Positions 18,301 through 27,064 of a stretch of DNA of 29,637 bases are shown piece by piece. Numbering within the stretch: the first letter of the stretch is position 1; each line of letters begins with the position of its first letter. The stretch comes from Myxococcota bacterium (GTDB lineage Bacteria > Myxococcota > JACRCW01). The stretch spans positions 1 through 29,637 of the forward strand of contig JBFMGU010000130.1 in assembly GCA_040752415.1 (NCBI GenBank), given 5' to 3'. Position numbers and translations under genes: made by a program. The notes under the pieces are model-generated. The model was not told where the DNA came from. It searched no databases and saw nothing but the letters and a program-made list of their open reading frames with translations.

Positions 18301-18879
18301 ATGGCCGTGGGGCTGCGCCGCGGGGTGTTGGTCGCGTGGTGCGCGGTGGGCGCGGCGCTGGGCGCGGGGAGCGCGTGGGGAGAGGTGGCGGCAGCGCCGT
18401 ACGCCGAGTACCGGGTCAAGGCGGAGTTCCTCGAGCGGTTCACGCACTTCATCGAGTGGCCCGCCGAGGGCCTGCCCCCCGAGGACCAACCCTTCGTCAT
18501 CGGCGTGCTCGGCACGGACGGCATGACGCCCCACCTGGAGAACCTGGCGCGAACCCGGCGCATCAAGGGACGTCTCGTGGTGGTGCAGCAGCTCCGCTCC
18601 GCTGAAGAGGTCTTGCGCTGCCAGGTGGTGTGGATCGCGCGGAGCGAGGCGGAGCGGCTGGATTCCATCCTCGCGCGCACCACCGGGCGGCCCATCCTGA
18701 CCGTGGCCGACACGGCGTCCTTCTCCCGCCATGGCGTGCACATCACCGTCACGCCGGTGGGCTCGCGCCTGGGGTTCCTGATCAACGTCGGCGAGGCGGC
18801 GCGCAGCGGGCTCTCCTTCAGCGCCCACCTGCTGCGCCTGGGCGCCATCGTGGAGACCAGGATCGACGCACGGGAATGA
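18301..18879 (+). CDS. YfiR-family (DUF4154) periplasmic protein
   Basis: Motifs EYRVKAEFLERFTHFIEWP, FVIGVLG, PILTVAD and FLINVGEAARSGLSFSAHLLRL. Signal peptide present. GGAG precedes ATG 18301. Confidence 0.9.
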   Translation: MAVGLRRGVLVAWCAVGAALGAGSAWGEVAAAPYAEYRVKAEFLERFTHFIEWPAEGLPPEDQPFVIGVLGTDGMTPHLENLARTRRIKGRLVVVQQLRSAEEVLRCQVVWIARSEAERLDSILARTTGRPILTVADTASFSRHGVHITVTPVGSRLGFLINVGEAARSGLSFSAHLLRLGAIVETRIDARE

Positions 18880-19005
18880 AACCGGTACCCGCCGGGGGAA
18901 CCACCACCCTCCCGCAACGCGAGAGCGCGGCGCGCACGCAGCCCGGCCTTCACGGGGGTTGGACACGGGGGCGTCTTTGCCGCGGGTGGCGCAACCGCGT
19001 ACCCC

Positions 19006-19299
19006 TTGAGACGCGTAGGACTGCTCACGCGCCTGACCGAGGAGGAAATCGACCAGGGCACGGAGCTGGTGAACGCGTTGCAGCAGCAGGTGTTCGGCCG
19101 GGTGGCGGCGCTCAATGAGCAGATCGAGAAGAAGTACGCGCGCTCCAAGGTCTACACGCGCGGGATGGAGCTGGCGAAGCTGGTGCTGGACGCGGTGGAA
19201 CTGGAGTTCCGCGGCGCGGAGCAGGAGCCGCTGCGGGACCTCTTCCCCCAGGAACCATCCGGCGAGCAGATGGATACGGGATGTTGGGCCTCCCGTTGA
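19006..19299 (+). CDS. Small helical hypothetical protein or gene fragment
   Basis: Strong GC-third-position codon pattern over most of the ORF and an amphipathic helical sequence. Only a TTG start and no clear RBS. Confidence 0.45.
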   Translation: MRRVGLLTRLTEEEIDQGTELVNALQQQVFGRVAALNEQIEKKYARSKVYTRGMELAKLVLDAVELEFRGAEQEPLRDLFPQEPSGEQMDTGCWASR

Positions 19300-19337
19300 C
19301 GTCTGCTAAGGGTGCTGCGGAACCAAGGAGTCCGTCG

Positions 19338-20372
19338 GTGGCAACGGGACTGCGCGCGCAAGGAACAAGAAACCGGAGCGTTCGGCTCTCCGATGACGAA
19401 CGCGGGACGTTCGCGCGTCGGCTCGCCCGCGTGGAGCGACCCGTATCCTGCTCCGACATCTTGGACCGCACGATCTGCGGCGACATGCTGAAGGTCGCAC
19501 CGTTGCTTCCTGCGGGTTTCGTGGACCTGCTCTTTCTGGATCCCCCTTACAATCTGAACAAGCAATTCAACCAGACCAGCTTCGCCGCGGTGCCGTTGGA
19601 AGAGTATGAGCAGCATCTCGCTCGCTGGATCGCCGCACTCATTCACACACTGAAGCCGACGGCAACCGTCTACATCTGCGGTGACTGGCGGTCTTCCTCG
19701 GCAATTCACCGTGTGGCGGGCCAGCATTTTGTCGTCCACAACCGGATCACCTGGGAACGCGAGAAGGGCCGCGGCGCGCTGAGCAACTGGAAGAACGCGG
19801 CGGAGGACATCTGGTTCTGCAGCGTGTCACCGAGCTACACGTTTCACGTCGACCGCGTGAAACTCAAGCGCCGCGTGATGGCTCCCTATACCAGCGAGTC
19901 AGGCGCCCCGAAGGATTGGCAGGAAGCGGCGGATGGTCGATTCCGCCTGACCCATCCCTCGAACCTGTGGACGGACTTGACGGTTCCCTTCTGGTCCATG
20001 CCTGAGAATACAAGCCATCCCACCCAGAAACCCGAGAAGCTCCTGGCCAAGCTACTCTTGGCGAGCACCGATAGCGGAGATGTGGTGCTGGATCCCTTCC
20101 TCGGTTCAGGGACCGCGTCGGTGGTGGCCAGGAAACTTGGGCGCCATTTTGTCGGGATTGAGATCGACGAGGAATACTGCTGCATCGCCGAGAAGCGTTT
20201 GGCAATGGCGGAGGAGTCACCGGAGATCCAGGGGTATTCCGGTGGCGTGTTCTGGGAGCGGAATACCTTCGCCCATCAGCGCGAGCGGCGCGTCGGGGGA
20301 GCGGCTGCGCAAAGTGAGAAGGAGCGGATGCAGAATGCGGAGCAACATCTTCTATTCCAGCGTCTACCTTGA
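19338..20372 (+). CDS. Site-specific amino-DNA methyltransferase, beta class (probably m6A)
   Basis: Motif IV LDPPY precedes HPTQKP and motif I DPFLGSGT, which is the beta order. AAGGAG (19325-19330) lies 7 nt before GTG 19338. Confidence 0.93.
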   Translation: MATGLRAQGTRNRSVRLSDDERGTFARRLARVERPVSCSDILDRTICGDMLKVAPLLPAGFVDLLFLDPPYNLNKQFNQTSFAAVPLEEYEQHLARWIAALIHTLKPTATVYICGDWRSSSAIHRVAGQHFVVHNRITWEREKGRGALSNWKNAAEDIWFCSVSPSYTFHVDRVKLKRRVMAPYTSESGAPKDWQEAADGRFRLTHPSNLWTDLTVPFWSMPENTSHPTQKPEKLLAKLLLASTDSGDVVLDPFLGSGTASVVARKLGRHFVGIEIDEEYCCIAEKRLAMAEESPEIQGYSGGVFWERNTFAHQRERRVGGAAAQSEKERMQNAEQHLLFQRLP

Positions 20373-21039
20373 CGTGCAGACGCGCGTGAAGGAGTTCCTA
20401 AACGCGCAGGAGACGTTCCTTTCGCCCACCTCCCTCAAGAGTCCTCGCGCGGTGGGTGACGCCCTCCAGGACGTGCTTGCCGAGCGGTTTTCGGAGGTGA
20501 TGGGTCCGCTGGCGGCGTCCTGCTCCACAGAGTTCGCGCGCCGCGCCATGGCGGATGTGGCGTTCACGGACCGCGACGGAATCTACTACGTGGTGGATGT
20601 CAAGACGCACCGGAAGGATACAAAGTTCAACATGCCCAATCTCACGTCGGTGGAGAGGTTGGCGCGCTTCTATGAGTCGGACACCAATTGCTTCGTGATT
20701 CTCTTCATCGCGTATTCCGTTGCAGGTGAACGCCTCACGGTTTCCGACGTTCACTTCGTGCCGATTGAGTTCCTCGACTGGAGCTGCCTGACCATTGGGG
20801 CGCTGGGCTGGGGTCAGATCCAGATTGCCAACTCCAACCTCATCCGCCTCCGACCGCAGTATTCCCGCAAGGCGTGGATGCTCGAGCTCTGTGAGGAGTT
20901 GCTCCAGTTCTACCCGCGCGAGATTGCCAAGATCAGCGAACGCATCAAGCGTTTCGAGAGGGTGCGGGAACTCTGGGGAGGGAAAGCCGACACGTGGAGC
21001 GCACCGCCCATCGAGCCGCCCACGGATGTTCCGGCATAG
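20335..21039 (+). CDS. Putative type II restriction endonuclease (PD-(D/E)XK)
   Basis: 234 aa, overlapping the MTase 3' end by 38 bp. AAGGAG lies upstream of ATG 20335. Candidate active site MAD-x12-VDVK. Shares the lower GC of the MTase. Confidence 0.72.
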   Translation: MRSNIFYSSVYLDVQTRVKEFLNAQETFLSPTSLKSPRAVGDALQDVLAERFSEVMGPLAASCSTEFARRAMADVAFTDRDGIYYVVDVKTHRKDTKFNMPNLTSVERLARFYESDTNCFVILFIAYSVAGERLTVSDVHFVPIEFLDWSCLTIGALGWGQIQIANSNLIRLRPQYSRKAWMLELCEELLQFYPREIAKISERIKRFERVRELWGGKADTWSAPPIEPPTDVPA

Positions 21040-21121
21040 TGGCGACGGGAAGGGCTCCTGACACAGGGCGCTGCCCGGCTGCGGCATCGACTCCAGAAGC
21101 TCCCGAATCAATCAAACCCGC

Positions 21122-21994
21122 TCAACGTCCGCTGGAGCCGCTGTAGGCCGGCAACTTCATCACCTTCGCCAGCAGCTTGTCGCGCACGCGGTCGGGCAAC
21201 ACCTTGGCCAGCGTGGCCTGCACCTTCGCATCCGTCCCGACGAGATACCGCGTGCGCGGCTCATCCGCTCCCAGCGCATCCTCCACCGCCAACGCGACCG
21301 CCGACGCGGGCGACGCACGCTTCGTCACACCGTTCACCATCGCGCGCATGGCGTCGATGAGCGGCTGGTAGCGCTGACGTCCCTCCTCGGGCATCTCGCG
21401 CTCATAGCCTTCATTCGCGGCGGTGCTCTTGTCCCAGATCGGCGTGGCGATGGCCCCGGGCTCCACGATGGAAACCTGGATTCCCCACGGCATCAGCTCC
21501 ATCCGCAGGCTGTCGGTCAGCGCCTCCAGCGCGAACTTCGACGCCGAGTACGGCCCCATCAACGGCGTGGCCGCGCGCCCCGACGAGGAGCCCATCATCA
21601 CCACGCGTCCCTTCGCCTTGCGCAGCAGCGGCATGAACGCCTGCGTGACCGCAATCTGGCCCACCACGTTGACCTCGAACTGCATGCGCAACAGGTCCAG
21701 ACGCACGTACTCCAGCGGCAGCGCCACGACGATCCCCGCGTTGTTCACCAACCCCGCGAGCCCCTCGCCGCCCAGCGCGTCGGCCACCTGCGCCGCGGCG
21801 TCACGGATGGTCTCCTCGCGTGTGACGTCGATGATGACCGGGGTGATGCCCTTGGCCTTGGCGGCCACCGCCTCCCCGTCCTGGGCCTTGCGCACTCCGG
21901 CAAACACGCGCCAGCCCCGCTCCGCGAGCCAGACCGCGCACGCTTCGCCAATTCCCGTCGACGCTCCCGTAATCACCACCGCGCGCTGCGCCAT
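21122..21994 (-). CDS. SDR-family oxidoreductase
   Basis: Motifs TGASTGIG, NNAG, YSASK and EPG. GGAGGA RBS before ATG 21994. Confidence 0.95.
   Translation of the reverse strand: MAQRAVVITGASTGIGEACAVWLAERGWRVFAGVRKAQDGEAVAAKAKGITPVIIDVTREETIRDAAAQVADALGGEGLAGLVNNAGIVVALPLEYVRLDLLRMQFEVNVVGQIAVTQAFMPLLRKAKGRVVMMGSSSGRAATPLMGPYSASKFALEALTDSLRMELMPWGIQVSIVEPGAIATPIWDKSTAANEGYEREMPEEGRQRYQPLIDAMRAMVNGVTKRASPASAVALAVEDALGADEPRTRYLVGTDAKVQATLAKVLPDRVRDKLLAKVMKLPAYSGSSGR
21243..21280. repeat. 38-bp direct repeat, right copy (within the SDR coding sequence)
   Basis: 37/38 identical to 14367-14404. Confidence 0.93.
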
Positions 21995-22042
21995 GATTTC
22001 CTCCGGCGGCGGCTGGTAGCGCGGAGTGCCCCCAGCTCGCAA

Positions 22043-22951
22043 TCAGCGGCGCCGACGTGAGCGGAGGAGCGCCACCGCCACCAGCACGCCCGCGGCGCCG
22101 TAGGCGTCGGAGAGACCGGCGGCGTCGCACCCCATCATTCCGCAGTCGACGTCGCAGAAGAACTGTTGCTGGCTGGTGGCGGCAACCGGCTTGCTCCACG
22201 CACCCGTGCGCCCCGCGGTGTCGACCAGGCGCACCTGGATGGTGAAGTTGCGCTCCCCGCTGCTGGGCAGTGGCACGCTCAGGCTCTGCGTCCCGCTCGC
22301 CGACACCGGCACGCGCACCGCCACCGCGTCACGCTGCGGGTCCAGGGCCTCGGGCTCGGCGGCGGTCCCGTCGGGGTTGGTGGCGGGGGGACCAAAACGC
22401 AGCGCCACGTCCATGAGCAGTGTACCGGCCTGGTCGTCGTCAACGTTGTCCAGGGTGAAGGTCACGTTGCCCGGGCAGGCCGTGGTCCCCATGTCGTCAA
22501 TGAAGGCCGTGGTGATCGTGGGCTGCGTGGGCGTGGCGGAGTCCACGGTCCGACGCGCCACGAACGTCGCCAGCGGCGAGCCCGCCACACCGCCGTCATC
22601 CCACAGCACCAGCTTGTACGTGGGACCGTGACGCAGACCCTGCAGCTCCGCCACGTGCAGCCCCTCCGGCGCCAGCACGCCCTCCGGCGGTCCCAGCTCG
22701 TTGAAACGGGCCGGCCCGGCGACGTTGTCCTCGAGCAGACGCAGCTCCATGCCGGCGGGAATGCTCGTGGTGTCCACCACCACCTGCGTGTTGATCGGCA
22801 CGCTCGGATCAATCGGCGCCACCAGGATTCCGCCGGTGCCCGCCACGCGTGTCTCGCTGCACGTGTTCATCCCCGCGTCCTGCGCCCACGCCGCGTCGAC
22901 GACGAACAACGTGGCAACCACAACCATCAACGAAGCAAGCGGACGACACAT
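22043..22951 (-). CDS. Secreted beta-rich protein with a MYXO-CTERM-like sorting signal (paralog 1)
   Basis: Signal peptide ending AWA. C-terminal Cys motif (CDVDCGMMGC), hydrophobic helix and RSRRRR. Colinear with 23091-23972. Confidence 0.78.
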   Translation of the reverse strand: MCRPLASLMVVVATLFVVDAAWAQDAGMNTCSETRVAGTGGILVAPIDPSVPINTQVVVDTTSIPAGMELRLLEDNVAGPARFNELGPPEGVLAPEGLHVAELQGLRHGPTYKLVLWDDGGVAGSPLATFVARRTVDSATPTQPTITTAFIDDMGTTACPGNVTFTLDNVDDDQAGTLLMDVALRFGPPATNPDGTAAEPEALDPQRDAVAVRVPVSASGTQSLSVPLPSSGERNFTIQVRLVDTAGRTGAWSKPVAATSQQQFFCDVDCGMMGCDAAGLSDAYGAAGVLVAVALLRSRRRR

Positions 22952-23090
22952 GGGAGGCTCCAGGAGGGCCGCGCTGGGCGGCGGACGTGGGAGCCTTGTG
23001 CACCCGGGATGCCAGGGCCGGACGCTCGCAATTTCGCGGACTTGCGCGTCGCGACAGGGCGGTTGGCCGGCCGGGTGATGCGCGGAGGTA

Positions 23091-23972
23091 TCAGCAACCT
23101 CGACGCCGGCGTCGCATCAGCAGGACGGCCAACGTCGCGAACCACGGGGCTTCACCGGCCTGGCTGCAATCCGTCACGCAGTCGATGCAGCAGTCGATGC
23201 AACAGTCGAAGCACTCGACAATCCGTTCCTGGAACACCAGCGGATCACTCCACGGCCCGGCGAATCCCGCCGCGTCGACGGCGCGGACCTGGACCACCAG
23301 CGTGTCCGCGTCCTGTACGGGACGGGGGAAGGGGACGTGCTGTGCCTGGTTGTCCAGCAGCGGCAACCGTTCCACCACGTCGTCACGTTGGGGTGACAGC
23401 TCGGTTTCGCCGGTGCCCAGCGGCCCCATGCGCACCAGCACGTCCATCAACATGGGGTCACTCAGGTCATCCGAGGGCGCGGAGACCACCACGAAGACAT
23501 CACTGTCGAATCCGCACCTCCCCTGCAGGCTCCCCGTGACCGAGGTGAGCACCGGCTTTCCCGGCGCGTTGCTGTCCACGCGCGCGTGCGCGGTGAACCT
23601 GGCCAGCTCGCTCACCGGTTGGCCTTCGCTCGTCGTGAACAGCAGGTAACTTCCGCCGGCCCGCAACCCGTCCAGCCGCATCACGTGGCGCTCCTCCGGC
23701 ACCGTCAGGTCGGGGATGGGCCCCTCGTCGACGAGCTGCACCTCCGTAGGCGCGCCATCCTCACGCACTTCCAACACGTGTCCCGCCGGAATCTGCGCCG
23801 TGTCGACGTAGATGCGCGCATTGAGAGGCACACGTTGGGGCACCGGCGCGGCGAGGATCTCGCGGAAGTCCAGGCCGGGGTGTTCCTCGCAGGTGTTGGG
23901 TCCCGCGTCGGTGGAGGCGTGCGCAACGCCGGTCAACAGCATGAGCAGGAACAACGCGCGGACGTTCACCAT
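23091..23972 (-). CDS. Secreted beta-rich protein with a MYXO-CTERM-like sorting signal (paralog 2)
   Basis: Signal peptide ending AHA. FnIII-like QVRAVDAAGFAGPWS. Ends CFDCCIDCCIDCVTDC, hydrophobic helix, RRRRRGC. Confidence 0.78.
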   Translation of the reverse strand: MVNVRALFLLMLLTGVAHASTDAGPNTCEEHPGLDFREILAAPVPQRVPLNARIYVDTAQIPAGHVLEVREDGAPTEVQLVDEGPIPDLTVPEERHVMRLDGLRAGGSYLLFTTSEGQPVSELARFTAHARVDSNAPGKPVLTSVTGSLQGRCGFDSDVFVVVSAPSDDLSDPMLMDVLVRMGPLGTGETELSPQRDDVVERLPLLDNQAQHVPFPRPVQDADTLVVQVRAVDAAGFAGPWSDPLVFQERIVECFDCCIDCCIDCVTDCSQAGEAPWFATLAVLLMRRRRRGC

Positions 23973-23993
23973 GCCGCCCGGTGTAGCACCCGC

Positions 23994-24872
23994 TCAGGTG
24001 GCGCGCGCGGCCAACAACGGGATGGCGCTGTCGCGGAGCACGCGCTGCACCACGCTGCCAAGCACCCACTCCGCAACGCCGGATTCTCCGCGGGAGCCCA
24101 TGGCCATCAGGTCCACCCCCAGCTCCTTGCTCGCCGCCACGATCTCCACCGCGGGCGTTCCGCTGCGCACCACAACCGACTCGGGCTTCACTCCGCCCAG
24201 CGCGCGCGCCGCGAATGCATCCAGATCCTTGCGCACCCGCGCCTCCGCCTGCGCGCGATCCTCCGTCGGTGCATGCCGCCAGAAGCCCGTGTGCGGCGAC
24301 TCCAACACCGCCAGCAACGTGATCCGCCCCGACGTCAACCGCGCCAGCGTCCCCGCCACGTCCGCCGCACGCTCGGCGGAGGGTGACAGGTCGGTGGCCA
24401 CCAGGATGCGCATGGCCTGGTCGAACGCGAGGGTCTTCTGCACCGCCAGCACGGGCGTGGTGCAGTTGGCAACCACACGCTCCGCCACGCTGCCCAGCGT
24501 CACACGGTCAATCCCCTTGCGCCCATGCGTGCCCATCACCACCAGGTCCGCCCTGCTGTCGCGCACGGCGTGGAGGATCTCCTCGTACGGACGGCCGGCG
24601 CGGAAGTGCTGGCGTGTTGCGTCCACGGTGCCCAGGTGCGCCGTGATGAACGCGTCGAGCTCGTGGCGGGCGGAGTCCACCAGCGGTCGCATCAGCGGTG
24701 GCGGCGTGTCCGGCGGGAAGCGCAGGTTGTGATAGCCCGCAATCTGTTCCACCACGCTGACCACGTGCAGCGACGCACCGGTGAGCCCGCACAACTTCAC
24801 GGCGGTGCGCGCGGCGTGCGCGGACATCTCGGAAAAGTCGGTGGCCAGCAGGATGTTCTTCAGCTCGGACAC
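23994..24872 (-). CDS. Universal stress protein with tandem USP domains
   Basis: ILLATDFS...MGTHGRKG...LGSVAE and ILVATDLS...MGSRG...LGSVV. GGAGGA precedes GTG 24872; the longer ORF from 25592 is a spurious extension. Confidence 0.93.
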   Translation of the reverse strand: MSELKNILLATDFSEMSAHAARTAVKLCGLTGASLHVVSVVEQIAGYHNLRFPPDTPPPLMRPLVDSARHELDAFITAHLGTVDATRQHFRAGRPYEEILHAVRDSRADLVVMGTHGRKGIDRVTLGSVAERVVANCTTPVLAVQKTLAFDQAMRILVATDLSPSAERAADVAGTLARLTSGRITLLAVLESPHTGFWRHAPTEDRAQAEARVRKDLDAFAARALGGVKPESVVVRSGTPAVEIVAASKELGVDLMAMGSRGESGVAEWVLGSVVQRVLRDSAIPLLAARAT

Positions 24873-24916
24873 ATCTTCCTCCCGGGAGACCTGCCCCCGA
24901 CGTACGCCAGGACCGC

Positions 24917-26167
<1,251 letters not shown>

Positions 26168-26200
26168 GACCGGGGAGCCTAGTCCAACGCGGTGCGCCTC

Positions 26201-26980
26201 TCACCTGCGCCGCGCCCGACGAGCCGCCACCTCGTCCAGGCACGCGTCGATCATGGCCAGGTGCACGCTCATGCGCAGTCTCAGCTCCAGCTTGGTGGGC
26301 GTCTCCGAGGCAAAGCTGGCCAGCGTGGTGGGCTGGTGGCCCATGAAGTCCTCGGAGGAGCCGTCGTGGTAGTCGCGGATCTGGCCGTGGACCACCTTCA
26401 TCGACGGAGTGTGGCTCAGGCTGCCGTGCGCGGGCGTGATGAAGTGGCTGGCCCGTTCCACCAGGCGCGCGCCCAGTTTCTCGTCGCCAAAGGCGTAGAG
26501 ATAGGTGCGTTGCTCGTTGTCGTCCTCGTGCAGGTCCAGGAACACCTGCGGAGCGAACTTCACCATGTCCGCGCGCAGCTGGGCCACCTCGGGACCGGTG
26601 GGGTCCTCGTCATGGATGAAGCCGGCGTTGGTGTACTCACCAGCCACGGTGGTGCGCTTCATGGTGTCAAAGCCGTAGGGGTTCACCACCGGGTAGATGC
26701 ACAGCGGCACGCCCAGGTCCGTGGCCCGACCCACGATGTGGTGCAGGAACGTCAACAACGTCAGCGGGCCCGCGGGCTCCTCGCCGTGGAAGCCGGAGAG
26801 CAGCATCAGGCCGCTCTTGCGGGGACGGGCGTTGGCGAGACGAACCAGCGGCGCGGCACGCGGAGCGGAGCGGGCGGTGCCCACGCGCGTCAAACGGTAC
26901 GCCGGCTCCCAACGCCTGGCCGAGCGACGGAACGCGCCCAGGTAGTCCTTGAACAGCATTCCCGACGCAGGACCGGCCAT
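26201..26980 (-). CDS. M14-type metallohydrolase (succinylglutamate desuccinylase/aspartoacylase-like)
   Basis: Motifs GFHGEEPAG (HxxE), VNPYG, DLHED and ETP. GAGGGAG upstream of ATG 26980. Confidence 0.8.
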   Translation of the reverse strand: MAGPASGMLFKDYLGAFRRSARRWEPAYRLTRVGTARSAPRAAPLVRLANARPRKSGLMLLSGFHGEEPAGPLTLLTFLHHIVGRATDLGVPLCIYPVVNPYGFDTMKRTTVAGEYTNAGFIHDEDPTGPEVAQLRADMVKFAPQVFLDLHEDDNEQRTYLYAFGDEKLGARLVERASHFITPAHGSLSHTPSMKVVHGQIRDYHDGSSEDFMGHQPTTLASFASETPTKLELRLRMSVHLAMIDACLDEVAARRARRR

Positions 26981-27064
26981 CTGCTCGCTCCCTCGGAAAC
27001 GTGGTTGCAGAGGCAATAGCGGAAGGGGGGGATGGCCGTCACGTCGAAAAACAACGGAGCGGCG

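Noticed and set aside
20080..20334. N-terminal extension of the endonuclease ORF
   Set aside because: It lies inside the MTase in another frame; an RBS supports ATG 20335.
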